Source of the DNA: Gemmatimonadota bacterium | GTDB taxonomy: Bacteria > Gemmatimonadota > Gemmatimonadetes > Palauibacterales > Palauibacteraceae | Direction of reading: 5' to 3' | NCBI GenBank assembly: GCA_963666735.1 | Contig: OY762926.1 | Span: forward strand, 928,001-992,000 | Length of the DNA stretch: 64,000 bases | Shown here: positions 11,979-22,324 of the stretch, piece by piece | Numbering within the stretch: position 1 is the stretch's first letter | Layout of the letters: every line of letters starts with the position of its first letter | Position numbers and translations under genes: made by a program | The notes under the pieces: model-generated | The model's database searches: none | What the model saw: the letters and a program-made list of their open reading frames with translations, nothing else | Told to the model about the DNA's origin: nothing

Positions 11979-12007
11979 AAGATAGGGCCGGCCCGCGCTC
12001 AACTCAA
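11979..12007 (-). promoter_or_regulatory. Putative sigma70 promoter of the rex operon
   Basis: TTGAGT-N17-TATCTT on the minus strand; the predicted start site falls in the Rex box. Confidence 0.6.
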
Positions 12008-12840
12008 CGCGACCCGCCACCTCCCTGTCTCGCCTGAAGCGCCGCCGCCAGGCGCACGAGGGTCGGGGGATCCAGCATCTCGGGCCGCACCGCGGGATCG
12101 ATCGAGAGTTGTGCCAATACCGCCTCCACATCTCCCGCGAAGCTCAGCTCCGGAGCCGTGCGCAGCGTCTTCTGCAGTTGCTTTCGGCGGCGGTTGAAAC
12201 ACGCGCGCGTCAACGTCCGGAGCGCCGCACGGTCCACGGCGGCGGCATCGGGCCGCGGTTCCAGGCGAACCACGGCCGAATCGACCGCGGGGACGGGCCT
12301 GAACGCCTGGCGGCCCACCCGGAAGGCGAGCGAGGCGCCCGCAATCGCCTGCACGCCGACGGAGAGCGCGCCGTACGCCTTGATGCCCGGCGGCGCGACG
12401 ATCCGCTCCGCCACTTCCCTCTGGACCGTGAGCACAATACGGATGGCCGCCGGATCGAGTGCGAGAAAGGCGAAGACGAGCGGCGACGTGATGTTGTAGG
12501 GGACGTTCGACACCACGCGCACCGCAGTGGCCTCCCGCACGAACTCCGAGAGTTCAAGGCGAAGCGCGTCGCCTTCGACGACATCCACGTCCGGCCGGTC
12601 CCCCCAGCGGTCGCGGAGCCCGGCCGCAAGGTCGCGATCCTTCTCGATGAGGATGAGGCGGCGGCAACCGCCGACGAGGTATTGGCTCAGCTCTCCGTGC
12701 CCCGGTCCGACCTCGAGCACGACATCCGCGCGCTGCGGGTCGAGTTCCCGCACGATCTTGCGCTGGATGTTCGGGTCGACCAGGAAGTTCTGGCCGAGCG
12801 CGCGCTTCGGCCGGGGGCGCCCGGCCTTCCCCGCGGTCAC
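12004..12840 (-). CDS. rsmA: 16S rRNA m6,2A1518/1519 dimethyltransferase
   Basis: LGQNFL, EVGPGHG, NVPYNIT, QREVAERI, RRKQL. Confidence 0.95.
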   Translation of the reverse strand: MTAGKAGRPRPKRALGQNFLVDPNIQRKIVRELDPQRADVVLEVGPGHGELSQYLVGGCRRLILIEKDRDLAAGLRDRWGDRPDVDVVEGDALRLELSEFVREATAVRVVSNVPYNITSPLVFAFLALDPAAIRIVLTVQREVAERIVAPPGIKAYGALSVGVQAIAGASLAFRVGRQAFRPVPAVDSAVVRLEPRPDAAAVDRAALRTLTRACFNRRRKQLQKTLRTAPELSFAGDVEAVLAQLSIDPAVRPEMLDPPTLVRLAAALQARQGGGGSR

Positions 12841-14642
12841 AGCGAAGCCGCGACGGCCGTCCGGTCGTCCAGCCGCATCTCGTCATCGCTGTCCGCGAAG
12901 AGAGCGGCCACGAGAACTTCGGGATCGAGATCCCCCCGGTCGATTCGCCTCCGAACGCGGGCATCCGGAGTTTCGAGGGGGTCGCTGAGTTCGGCGAGGC
13001 CGTCGGTGAACGCCAGCAGCGTTTCGCCCGCGGACGGAATCCGTGCCTGCCGGTACGACCGGACCGGGGCGACGCCGACCGGGGGATCGAGCGCGCCGAG
13101 ACGGCGTATCCCTTCGGATCCGAGCAGATACGCGTACGGGTGGCCCGCGTTCGCGTAGCGCAGTTCTCCGCGCCCGGGATCGATGACTCCGTAGAAGAGC
13201 GTCATGTACATCTCGGTCGCGTCGAGCGCCGCCCGGAGCTGCCCGTGCATGGCGTCCAGGACGGCCGCGGGCTCGGCCTCGACCCCCGTCGCCAGGACCA
13301 CCGCACTCAGCGTGCGGGCCATGATGAGCGCGGCGGAGGGACCATGCGAACTCACGTCGCCAAGCATGACGCCCAGGCATCCGCCGGCGAGCCGGACGAG
13401 GTAATAGAAATCGCCTCCCAGGGAGAGCGCCGGATCGCAGCGGGCGGCGATCCGTCCGAGATCGCGGAAGTCCTCCGGGGGCGGCAGCAGTTTCAGTTGC
13501 AGGTCCCGGGCAATCTCCAGCTCGGCCAGTACCCGCTCGCGGCGCAACCGTCGCGCGAGGAGCCGCTCCCGCGACTGTTCGCCCTCGGCCACGGCGCCGA
13601 TCCAGCCCGCGAGCAGCGTCGCGGCGGCATCGCCCCTGCTCGCCGGCTCGTGGACCAGGCGCAGCCGTCCCGCATCGCCCAGCGGCCACGTCTCCCGAAC
13701 CTCCGGCGGACCGTTCGACTCCTCGTCATTCTCCCAGCTGTCGAACAGCACCTGTGAACCGTCCTCGAACAGCCGGTCGAGCCGAAATCTGAGACCGGTG
13801 ACGTCCGCGAAGCGTCTCAGGAGAGGTTCGATCCTGACCAGAGGATCCGGCGCGCCCCGGAACGAGAGCGTGACCCTGTTGCCCGTCTCGTTGAACGCAA
13901 CGCCATCCGCGAGCTGCCTCAGAAGGAAGAGGCCGCGCCCCCGGGGCCGGCCGATGCCTTCCGCCGAGACGGGGTCCGGCACGGCATCGGGGTCGAACCC
14001 GCTTCCCTCGTCCGAGACCTTTACGCGCAGACCGTCCGGGTACGTCTTCGCCGTCACTCGCACGACGGCGCCGGGACGGTCCCCGCTCCCGTAGAGGATC
14101 GCGTTGGCCACCGCCTCGCCGAGCGTGACCCGGAGCCGGAACGCCGTCTCGCTGTCCAGATCGGCGAGGTGCCGACAGGCCACGACGACCCGCTCCACCA
14201 CGGCGCGCTGGTAGCGCACGCTCGACGGAAACACGACGCGTATGCGCCCCGATTCGTCGACATCCAGGTTCAGGTCGGGCGCTTCGGCGGGCGAGGTGTG
14301 TTTCTGCCACACGAGCCCGAGTTCGGCGGCGTTGAGAGGATAGAAGAGGTAGTCGGTCCAATCCTCCGCCAGCGCCGAACCCAGACGATCGACCCATGCC
14401 CCGTCGATGAGCGCCACGAGAGCGGCCGTGGCGCCGAAGCGTCGTTGCAGATACGGCATCGTTGCACGCGGCTCGGCGATGTCCACCAGAACGAGATCCG
14501 TCGGGAGCACCGCCAGGGGGCGCCCGAAGAGCCCCCTCACCTCGGGAGGCGGATCGATCTCGGCGGCGGCGTCCGCCACGGCCTGAAGAATGTCCGGCCG
14601 GCTGGAAAGGACCAGGATGCGCGCCGGGTCGCCGTCCTTCAT
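12837..14642 (-). CDS. Fusion protein: degenerate REC-like N-terminus + RsbW-type HATPase kinase + SpoIIE/PP2C phosphatase
   Basis: EAVANAILYG, DEGSGFDP, GRGLFL (HATPase boxes); ELEIARDLQ, GGDFY, GDVSSHG, ANAGH, FTDGL, DDRT (PP2C). Confidence 0.85.
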   Translation of the reverse strand: MKDGDPARILVLSSRPDILQAVADAAAEIDPPPEVRGLFGRPLAVLPTDLVLVDIAEPRATMPYLQRRFGATAALVALIDGAWVDRLGSALAEDWTDYLFYPLNAAELGLVWQKHTSPAEAPDLNLDVDESGRIRVVFPSSVRYQRAVVERVVVACRHLADLDSETAFRLRVTLGEAVANAILYGSGDRPGAVVRVTAKTYPDGLRVKVSDEGSGFDPDAVPDPVSAEGIGRPRGRGLFLLRQLADGVAFNETGNRVTLSFRGAPDPLVRIEPLLRRFADVTGLRFRLDRLFEDGSQVLFDSWENDEESNGPPEVRETWPLGDAGRLRLVHEPASRGDAAATLLAGWIGAVAEGEQSRERLLARRLRRERVLAELEIARDLQLKLLPPPEDFRDLGRIAARCDPALSLGGDFYYLVRLAGGCLGVMLGDVSSHGPSAALIMARTLSAVVLATGVEAEPAAVLDAMHGQLRAALDATEMYMTLFYGVIDPGRGELRYANAGHPYAYLLGSEGIRRLGALDPPVGVAPVRSYRQARIPSAGETLLAFTDGLAELSDPLETPDARVRRRIDRGDLDPEVLVAALFADSDDEMRLDDRTAVAASL

Positions 14643-14683
14643 TCCAGACTCATTGCGGACTCATTGCGGCACTGCGACTCGGG

Positions 14684-15016
14684 TCAGGACTCGCCGAGCG
14701 CGGCTGCCCTGGACTCGACGATTTCGAACAGCGAATCCAGTCTGGTCAGGGCGAAGAGACGCTGCAGATCCTCGTTCAGCCCCGCCAGCGTCAGGCGGCC
14801 CCCCGCGTCGCGGATGTGCTTGGAGAGACTGACGAGTACCCCCAAACCGGAGGAATCGATGTAGTCGGCCTCGCTGAAATCGATCACGAAGTCGGTGTCC
14901 CCATCGGCGACGCGCGCGAGCACGCGCTCCTTGAATTCGCCGCGGTTGTTGATCGTGAGCTGGCCGCCCACGGCGACGAGGGTACTGGTGCCCAACGTTT
15001 CGATCGAAAACGTCAT
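14684..15016 (-). CDS. STAS-domain anti-sigma factor antagonist (RsbV/SpoIIAA-like)
   Basis: IDFSEADYIDSSGLGVL phosphoserine motif; 110 aa. Confidence 0.9.
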   Translation of the reverse strand: MTFSIETLGTSTLVAVGGQLTINNRGEFKERVLARVADGDTDFVIDFSEADYIDSSGLGVLVSLSKHIRDAGGRLTLAGLNEDLQRLFALTRLDSLFEIVESRAAALGES

Positions 15017-15867
15017 CCTTCGCTCCCGGGTGACATGAGGGCCGTGATACAAGCGACATCCACGATATCGGAGACGGAGGCGCCGCGGGAGAGGTCGTTC
15101 AGCGGCCGCCGCAATCCCTGGAGGATCGGCCCCAGAGCGCGCGCTCCGCCGAGCCGCTCGATCAGCTTGTAGGCGATGTTCGCAGCGTCGAGGCCGGGAA
15201 AGACGAGCAGGTTCGCGCGGCCGGCGACCGGAGATCCGGGAGCCTTCAACGCCGCGACGGGCGGGACGAGCGCCGCATCGGCCTGCAGTTCCCCGTCCGC
15301 CGCGATTTCGGGTCGGCGGCGGCGGAAGTTGTCCAGCGCCTCCCGCACATGCTCGACCGCCGGCCCCGCAGCGGAGCCGAGAGTGGAATACGAGAGAAAC
15401 GCGACGACCGGTTCCTCTCCCGCAACGGCTCGGTGCGCGTCGCAGGCCGCCGAAGCGCTTTCCGCCATCTGGGCCGGGGTTGGCGCCGGGACGACGGCGG
15501 TGTCCGTGAGGGTGAGCACCCGCTCGCCGGGAGCGGGAAAGACCATGTGGAACGCGGCGGAGACCGTCTCAACCCCGTCGGCCAGGCCGACGAACCGCAG
15601 GCCGGCCCGGATGACGTCCGCCGTCGCGTGCACGGCACCCGCCACGACCCCGTCCAGTTCCCCCGCCGCGAGGCGTTGCGCCGCATGCGCGAGGCCGTCC
15701 GCGTCGACGCCGGTCTCGACAGGGCGCACCCACTTCTCCTCCCGCAGCCGGCGAATCGCCAAGGCGGTGCGGGCCTCGTCCGCTTCCGGAAAGCCGATGC
15801 GCCGCTCGAGGGTGGCGGCCCGCGCCCTCAGCCCGTCGACGAAACGGGGCCGGGTCGGCGGGGTCAC
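15013..15867 (-). CDS. pta: Phosphate acetyl/acyltransferase (short PTA_PTB form)
   Basis: FPEADE, AFLSYSTLGSA, DGELQADAAL, FPGLDAANIAYKL, GPILQG, DLSRG. Confidence 0.88.
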   Translation of the reverse strand: MTPPTRPRFVDGLRARAATLERRIGFPEADEARTALAIRRLREEKWVRPVETGVDADGLAHAAQRLAAGELDGVVAGAVHATADVIRAGLRFVGLADGVETVSAAFHMVFPAPGERVLTLTDTAVVPAPTPAQMAESASAACDAHRAVAGEEPVVAFLSYSTLGSAAGPAVEHVREALDNFRRRRPEIAADGELQADAALVPPVAALKAPGSPVAGRANLLVFPGLDAANIAYKLIERLGGARALGPILQGLRRPLNDLSRGASVSDIVDVACITALMSPGSEG

Positions 15868-16365
15868 CTACGCGTCGCGCCCGAACACGCGGTCCATGCG
15901 GGCCTTCACGATCGGACTCACGAAGTCCGTCACATCGCCGCCCAGGCGTCCGACTTCGCGCACGAGCGAGGAACTCAGGAACGTGTGGCGCGTGGAGGGC
16001 GCCATGAAGAGCACTTCGACTTCGGGCCAGAGCGAGCGGTTCATGAGCGCCATCTGAAACTCGTACTCGAAGTCGCTCACGGCCCGCAGCCCGCGGACGA
16101 TGATCCGGGCCTTGCGGGAGCGCGCAAAATCCACGAGCAGGCCGGAGAAGGAGGTCGCCTCGACCCTGGGTTCGTCCGCGAACACTTCGCGGATCAGGTC
16201 GACGCGTTCCTCGATCTGGAACAGCCCCGACTTGACCTGTGTGGCCGTCTCCGCCACGGCGACGATCAGCCGGTCCACGATCCCCAGGCTCCTGCGCACG
16301 ATGTCCTCGTGTCCGACCGTCAGCGGGTCGAAAGACCCCGGGTACACGGCGACGGCATTGTTCAT
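15868..16365 (-). CDS. coaD: Pantetheine-phosphate adenylyltransferase
   Basis: YPGSFDPLTVGH, RGLRAVSDFEYEFQMA, SSSLVRE. Confidence 0.96.
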   Translation of the reverse strand: MNNAVAVYPGSFDPLTVGHEDIVRRSLGIVDRLIVAVAETATQVKSGLFQIEERVDLIREVFADEPRVEATSFSGLLVDFARSRKARIIVRGLRAVSDFEYEFQMALMNRSLWPEVEVLFMAPSTRHTFLSSSLVREVGRLGGDVTDFVSPIVKARMDRVFGRDA

Positions 16366-16376
16366 CGAGTTCCCCG

Positions 16377-16952
16377 TCAGAGTGTTCGGGTTGACGCGAC
16401 GGCCGGGGGCCGGAACCGGCTGACGCAGGTATCACCGTATTCCCGCGTCCAGTCGGCCGCCGCCGCCCATTCGGCGTCCGGACCGTGCTCGACCCACAGC
16501 TGCGAGGCGAACGGACGGGCCCGGAAGCGCTCGACCAGGCGTGCGCCGCCGCTGGAAGCATACGGTGGATCGGCGAAGACCAGATCGAGAAGCGCGCCCG
16601 GGCCGGCCGCGCCGCCGGGTGTGTCGCGACGGGCGACCCAGGCGATCGCATCATCCCGGACCACCTGCGATCGGCCCGAAAGATCGAGCGTCGCGACGTT
16701 GCGGCGCAGCAGCGCCACCGCTCGACGATCCGACTCGACAAAATGGACGTGCGCCGCACCCCGCGACAACGCTTCGATTCCCAGAGCCCCGGAGCCGGCG
16801 TAGAGGTCGGCGACCCGGGCGCCATCGACATCGCCGGCGAGCGCGGAAAACCAGGCCTCCCTGACGCGCTCGGCCGTGGGACGGGTGCGCCGCCCACGGG
16901 GGGCGTCGATGAAGCGGCCGCCCAGGTCGCCCGCGATGATGCGAAGCCTCAA
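16377..16952 (-). CDS. rsmD: 16S rRNA m2G966 methyltransferase
   Basis: RIIAG, TRPTAERVREA, DLYAGSGALGIEALSRGA, DPPY. Confidence 0.92.
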   Translation of the reverse strand: MRLRIIAGDLGGRFIDAPRGRRTRPTAERVREAWFSALAGDVDGARVADLYAGSGALGIEALSRGAAHVHFVESDRRAVALLRRNVATLDLSGRSQVVRDDAIAWVARRDTPGGAAGPGALLDLVFADPPYASSGGARLVERFRARPFASQLWVEHGPDAEWAAAADWTREYGDTCVSRFRPPAVASTRTL

Positions 16953-16965
16953 CTGACGGGGCGCG

Positions 16966-17685
16966 TCAGACGAGAGACCCCGGGTAGAGGATGATCCCGC
17001 AACCCTCGCAGACGGCGAGGTGCCGCCGGGCCCGGATCTCGGCCTGCCGCTGCTTCGGTATCGCCGTGTAGCACCGGCCGCACACCCCGTCGCCGGTGAG
17101 TTCGGCAAGCGCCGCCTGGCGTCCTCCCCCGCCGGCCGTGCGGTACAGTTGCAGCGCCCGGCGGTCCAGCCGGCTCTCCTGCGTTCTCCGGCTGTCGCCG
17201 CAGTGCCGCAGATCCCCCTCCAGAGTGGCGCGCAGTTCCTCCACGGCGGCGCTCCGTTCCGCCAACTGCGCCGTGGCCTCCCCCAGTTCCGCTTCCGCCG
17301 AGTGCAGCGTCTCGCGCGCGGTCTCCACGTCCTGCATCGCGTCGAGTTGGTCATCTTCGGCCGCCCGCAGGTTGCGCCGGGCCGTGTCCGTCTCGCTCCG
17401 AACCGCAAGATGCTGCTGCATGTTCGCCACTGCGACGGAGCGCGCCTCGAGTCGTTTGAGCGTCGCTCTGCCGGCCTCCACAGCCCGGTGGAATTGTCGC
17501 ACCCGACCGTCCGCTTCCTCCAGTTCCGCCCGGATCCGCATGACCTGCGCCTCCAGCGTCTCCACGGTCTCCCGGAGTTCGGCCACCTCCCGGCCGAAAC
17601 TCCCGAGTTCATCTTCTATCTTCAGGATCCTGTGATCGATTTCCTGAAGAGCGAGTAACTCCTCGACGATATCGGTCGCTTGCAT
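16966..17685 (-). CDS. Coiled-coil protein with C-terminal C4 zinc ribbon (DUF164/CT398-like)
   Basis: LLALQEID N-terminus, long coiled coil, CGRC...CEGCGIILY. Confidence 0.85.
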   Translation of the reverse strand: MQATDIVEELLALQEIDHRILKIEDELGSFGREVAELRETVETLEAQVMRIRAELEEADGRVRQFHRAVEAGRATLKRLEARSVAVANMQQHLAVRSETDTARRNLRAAEDDQLDAMQDVETARETLHSAEAELGEATAQLAERSAAVEELRATLEGDLRHCGDSRRTQESRLDRRALQLYRTAGGGGRQAALAELTGDGVCGRCYTAIPKQRQAEIRARRHLAVCEGCGIILYPGSLV

Positions 17686-17702
17686 GCTCTCCCCGGCTGT
17701 GG

Positions 17703-19511
17703 TTACTGCGTGGCCATAGTCTGCCGGCGTCTCGCTACGGCCGCCGGCATGAAGGCCCCCGACTCGCCCGCGGCACGAAGTTCGCGCACGAGTTCCTGTT
17801 TCTCACCCAACAATCGACGTTGCTGCTCCGGCTCCGCAAGCTCGATCGCGCGACCGATCTCCTCGATCCGTTCACGATGCCGTCGATAGAGGAGACGACG
17901 CACCACGGCATCGAAGATCCGAGCGGCGTCCTGAAGCTCCCGGCCGGACTCTCGAAGCGCCTTCGCCAATTCCGCGGCGTCGGCGGAGGCGGACGTCCAA
18001 TCCGGAGAATCGACGCCCTCGTCCGATGCCGCCGACAGGATCTTGAACAGTTCCCGGCCCTGCGGGTCGGACATGTGATCGGGTGCGAGTCCGACGCGCA
18101 CGGCCTGCCGCACGAGCCCCGGGTCGCGAACGAGCAGAAGAAGAAAATCGCGCTCCGTCCGTGGGGCCGGAGAAGGTCCACGACCGGGGGGTTCCGCGCG
18201 GGCGGCCGGCGGAGGGCGGCGAGGCCGCGAACTCTCGAGGCGCGCGACCTCGTCCACGAGCGTCTCGCGCCGTATCCCCAGTCCTTCCACCGCCCGATCC
18301 ACGTAAATGTCGCGGAGCGCCGGGTCGGAGACCGCCCTCAGGGTGCTGAGCAGGCCGTCCACCGCGCGCCGCCGCCCCTCCACCCGGTCGAGGTATCCCT
18401 CGCGGCGAAGGATCTGGAGCTTGCGCTCGAGAAGGTCCACGCCATCGTCCAGGAGCCGCCGGATGGCGGCCGGACCGTCCCGGCGGATGAGGGAATCGGG
18501 ATCTTCGCCGGAAGGGAGCGACACGACCATCGGGTGGATGCCCGCGGCAAGCAGGATGTCTCCGGTTCTGAACGTCGCGCGCAGCCCGGCGAGGTCGCTG
18601 TCGTAGAGCAGGTAGGCCCGCTTCGTGTACCGGCCGATGCGGCGCGCCTGGTCCGCGGTGAAGGACGTCCCCAGCCCGGCGACCGCAAAACCGAGGCCGG
18701 CCCGGTGCAGCGCGATGACGTCGGTAAACCCTTCCGCGATCGCGGCGTGGCCTTCGCGCCGCATGGCGTGCCGGGCCCGGTTGAGTCCGTAGAGTTCCTC
18801 CCCCTTGTGGAAGACGGGCGATTCGGGCGAGTTGATGTACTTGGGCGCATCGGAGGAGGCGTCGAGGATGCGGCCACCGAAGCCGATCGGCCGGTCGCGC
18901 AGATCGTGGATCGTGAACATGAGACGCCCGCGAAAACGATCGTACGGCTCCTCCGCTCTCTCGCTCGTCGCAAGCAGCCCGAGCTCGAGCAGCGTCCGCT
19001 CCTCGATCCCGTGTCGAGCCGCGGCGGAACGGAGCGCCCGCCACTCGTCGTCCGCGTAGCCGACCCCGAAGTCGAGCGCCTCCTCCAGCGACAGTCCGCG
19101 CCCCTGGAGATAGTCGCGCGCGCCGGCCCCGGCGGGTTCGCGCAGCCGCCCCTGGAACCACTCGGCCGCGAAGGCGAGCACGCCGCGCAGCGGCGCATGG
19201 GGATCCTCGCGTCGCTCCTCCCGGCCGGGAACCTCTATCCCGACTCTCGCGCCCACGTGGCGCACCGCCTCCGGGAACTCGAACCCGAGATGCTTCATCA
19301 TGAAGCCGAAGACGTCCCCGCCCTCCCCGCAGACGAAGCACTTGAAGATCTGGCGCTGCGGGTCGACGGCGAAGTTCGGGCCGTCCCCGCCGTGCAGGGG
19401 GCAGGGTCCGCGGTAGCTCTTGCCCGATCGTCGAAGCTGGACGTGCTCTCCCACGATCTCGAGGATGTCCGCCCGTGCGCGGATGTCCTCGACGAGGCCG
19501 TCGCTCACCAC
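17703..19511 (-). CDS. dnaG: DNA primase
   Basis: CPLH...CFVC zinc finger, DRFRGRLMF, KYINSPES, EGFTDV, YDSDLAG, DPD. Confidence 0.96.
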   Translation of the reverse strand: MVSDGLVEDIRARADILEIVGEHVQLRRSGKSYRGPCPLHGGDGPNFAVDPQRQIFKCFVCGEGGDVFGFMMKHLGFEFPEAVRHVGARVGIEVPGREERREDPHAPLRGVLAFAAEWFQGRLREPAGAGARDYLQGRGLSLEEALDFGVGYADDEWRALRSAAARHGIEERTLLELGLLATSERAEEPYDRFRGRLMFTIHDLRDRPIGFGGRILDASSDAPKYINSPESPVFHKGEELYGLNRARHAMRREGHAAIAEGFTDVIALHRAGLGFAVAGLGTSFTADQARRIGRYTKRAYLLYDSDLAGLRATFRTGDILLAAGIHPMVVSLPSGEDPDSLIRRDGPAAIRRLLDDGVDLLERKLQILRREGYLDRVEGRRRAVDGLLSTLRAVSDPALRDIYVDRAVEGLGIRRETLVDEVARLESSRPRRPPPAARAEPPGRGPSPAPRTERDFLLLLVRDPGLVRQAVRVGLAPDHMSDPQGRELFKILSAASDEGVDSPDWTSASADAAELAKALRESGRELQDAARIFDAVVRRLLYRRHRERIEEIGRAIELAEPEQQRRLLGEKQELVRELRAAGESGAFMPAAVARRRQTMATQ

Positions 19512-19574
19512 GAGCCCACCCCCGAGCCGGCACCCGCGCGCCCCGTCATCCGATGCACCGCGCGCACCCCGCGT

Positions 19575-21983
19575 TCACTCGAATTCCACGACTGTGACGC
19601 CCGTGCCTCCCTCGTTCGATTCACCGGTCCTGAAAAGCCGGATCCGCGGATCCGCGGCCAGCAATTGTCCGACCCTTTCCCTCAGCGCTCCCGTTCCCTT
19701 TCCATGAATGATCCTGAGCCACGGGAGATCGCCGACCACGGCCGCATCGACGGCCGGGTTGAGCGTTCCCTCCACCTCGTCGACGCGCAGGCCCCTGAGA
19801 TCGATCTCCGTGGCGATGCGGAAGTCCGGTCGGCGCGGCGACGATCCGCCGGCCTCGCGGACCCCGGCCGACCGGGACGAACGGGTCGACGGACGGGTCG
19901 ACGAACGCGTCTCCGGTGCAGAATGGGGAGTCAGGTCCCGCAGCGGTACCGTCAGCCGCAGTTCGCCCACCTCGATGAGGCCGCGATCCTCCCGAATCTC
20001 GACGAGGCGCGCCGGCCGGCCGGACGCGTTCCACCGCACGGCATCGCCGGCCCGCACCGTTGGCGCCGCCGATGGAGGCGTGGACTCGCCCGGCGCGCGA
20101 ACCGCGCGGGAAGACGCCCGGAGGGCCCGTTCGACTGCCCCCCGCGCGGCCCGCTTCGCCTCCCGTCGGCGCGCCTCATCCCCCGTGGCGAATTCGGACT
20201 CGAGGCGTGAGATGGCGACTTCCACTCGCTCTCGCGCCTCGCGCAGCGCCGCCAGCCGTTCCGCCTCCCGGCTGCGAGCGGCGGCGCGCTCGGAATCGGC
20301 CAGCGCGGTCTCCCTGGACGCGAGGTCGCGTTCGCGCTCGGCCGTCTCCCCGGCCCGGCGCTCGAGTTGGGCGCGAAGGTCCTCGACCTCGCCCCGGTCG
20401 GCTTCGAGCCGGGCGAGTAGCGTGTCCAGCGAGACGTGCTCCGGCCCGAGTCGTTCGCGCGCATCGGCGAGTACGTCTTCGGGAACCCCCAGCCGCGCCG
20501 CGATGACGAGTGCGTAGCTGCGGCCGGGCCGGTCCCTTACGAGACGGTACGTCGGCTCGAGCCGGGTTCCGTCGAATTCCAGCGAGGCGTTCACGGCCGC
20601 GGCCTTTTCGTCGCCGAGGCGCTTGAGGTCGCCGAGGTGCGTCGTGGCCACCGTGAGACGCGCCTGCCGAGCCAGCCGCCCCAGCGACGCCGCCGCAAGC
20701 GCGCCCCCCTCGGCCGGGTCCGTGGCGCTGCCGATCTCGTCGAAGAGGACGAGGTCCCGGTCTCCCGCCTCGTCCAGGATCTCGGCCAGGTTACGCGCCT
20801 GCGCGCCGAAGGTGGAGAGCGATGCCTCGATCGACTGTTCGTCCCCGATGACCGCGAAGAAGCGACGGAAGAAGGGGATCCGGCTCCCGGCTCCGAGCGG
20901 CGGCAGGACCCCGCTCTGCGAGAGCGCGGACAGCAGGCCGAGCGTCTTGAGAAACACCGTCTTTCCCCCCGCGTTCGGGCCCGACACGAGGAGGACGCGC
21001 TCTCCCGCCGAGAGATGGAGGTCGAACGGGACCGCCCCGCCGACATCGAGAGCGAGCAGGGGATGACGAGCGCCACGGATCTGGATCCCCTCGGAGGCGG
21101 CCTCGACGAAGGCCGGGGGCGATGCGTCCATCTCGCCGGCGAACAGCGCGCGGGCGCGCAGCGAATCCAAATCCACGAGGGCGGCGTAGGAGACGGCGAG
21201 TTCGGGCGCGCGGGCGCGCACGCCAGAGGAAAGGTCCCGTAGAATCCGGTCCACCTCGCGGGTCTCGCGGAGTTCCAGTTCACGGATCTCGTTCATCGCC
21301 TCGATGGCGCGCGTCGGCTCGACGAACAGGGTCCGGCGGCTGGCGGACGCGTCGTGTACGAGGCCGCCCGCGATTCCCTTCCCCTCGCGCCGCACGGGGA
21401 TGCAGTAGCGGCCGTTTCGGACGGTGACCGAGGCGTCGGGCACGCGCACGCGTTCCGGAAGCGAGCGGGCGTAGCGCGTGAGTTCGTCGACGAGCCGGCC
21501 GCGTCGCGTGGCGAGCGCCCGACGGATGCGCCGAAGCTCCGGAGAGGCTCCGTCCGCGACCGTGCCCGTCGCATCGAAGGTGCGCGCAATCCGCTTCTCG
21601 AGGGCCGCCTCCCCCCACAGCCGGCTCACGTGCTCCGCCGCGAGGCCATCCGGGTCCAGGCGCGGCTCCAGTCGTCGCGCGGTGCGCGCGGCAGCCATGA
21701 CCTGCCCGCACGCCAGCAATTGAGGCGGCTCCAACGTTGCGTCTTCGATCGCGAGCCGTCGGAGGGCCCCGTCCAGCGGCGCGATCGGGTCCAGCGCCCA
21801 CCCGTCTCCGCTCTGGAGGAGCTCCCGAAGTTCGTGCACCGCCGCGAGCGAGCGGTCGGCGGATGCCGCATCCCGAAGCGGCCGGAGCCCGCGTACGGCC
21901 GTGCGGCCCGCTTCCGACACCGCGCGTTCGCCGATCGCCGCCAGCACACGGTCGAACTCGATCACCCTGAGCGCGTGATCCAC
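19575..21983 (-). CDS. mutS2: Endonuclease MutS2 (C-terminal Smr domain)
   Basis: [43 protein letters not shown]. Confidence 0.93.
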   Translation of the reverse strand: MDHALRVIEFDRVLAAIGERAVSEAGRTAVRGLRPLRDAASADRSLAAVHELRELLQSGDGWALDPIAPLDGALRRLAIEDATLEPPQLLACGQVMAAARTARRLEPRLDPDGLAAEHVSRLWGEAALEKRIARTFDATGTVADGASPELRRIRRALATRRGRLVDELTRYARSLPERVRVPDASVTVRNGRYCIPVRREGKGIAGGLVHDASASRRTLFVEPTRAIEAMNEIRELELRETREVDRILRDLSSGVRARAPELAVSYAALVDLDSLRARALFAGEMDASPPAFVEAASEGIQIRGARHPLLALDVGGAVPFDLHLSAGERVLLVSGPNAGGKTVFLKTLGLLSALSQSGVLPPLGAGSRIPFFRRFFAVIGDEQSIEASLSTFGAQARNLAEILDEAGDRDLVLFDEIGSATDPAEGGALAAASLGRLARQARLTVATTHLGDLKRLGDEKAAAVNASLEFDGTRLEPTYRLVRDRPGRSYALVIAARLGVPEDVLADARERLGPEHVSLDTLLARLEADRGEVEDLRAQLERRAGETAERERDLASRETALADSERAAARSREAERLAALREARERVEVAISRLESEFATGDEARRREAKRAARGAVERALRASSRAVRAPGESTPPSAAPTVRAGDAVRWNASGRPARLVEIREDRGLIEVGELRLTVPLRDLTPHSAPETRSSTRPSTRSSRSAGVREAGGSSPRRPDFRIATEIDLRGLRVDEVEGTLNPAVDAAVVGDLPWLRIIHGKGTGALRERVGQLLAADPRIRLFRTGESNEGGTGVTVVEFE

Positions 21984-21988
21984 GGCGG

Positions 21989-22324
21989 TTACCCCGGCGG
22001 CCAGCCCATGCGGCGACCGCCCAGCACGTGGAAGTGCAGGTGGGGCACCGCCTGGCCGCCGTCTTCGCCGACATTCGTGACGATGCGGTACCCGCCGTCC
22101 AGCCCCTCCGAGCCCGCGACGGCCGCGCACGCCAGAAGGAGTTGCGTTCCGAGCGGCCCCTCCGACAGCGCCGCGAGGCTCGACACATGCGCCCGCGGGA
22201 CGACGAGCACATGCACGGGGGCCTGGGGTTCGAGGTCCCGGAACGCGACCCATTCGTCTGTCTCGGCGAGCATCTCCGCTCCGATCGCCCCCGACGCGAT
22301 GCCGCAGAACACGCAATCCGTCAT
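21989..22324 (-). CDS. HIT-family nucleotide-binding protein
   Basis: [34 protein letters not shown]. Confidence 0.93.
   Translation of the reverse strand: MTDCVFCGIASGAIGAEMLAETDEWVAFRDLEPQAPVHVLVVPRAHVSSLAALSEGPLGTQLLLACAAVAGSEGLDGGYRIVTNVGEDGGQAVPHLHFHVLGGRRMGWPPG

Noticed and set aside
16377..17612. Extended ORFs implying fusions or frameshifts (rsmD here; likewise glyA, prmC, dprA, obgE)
   Set aside because: Each has a plausible start overlapping or near the upstream stop; the extensions are low-complexity alternative frames.
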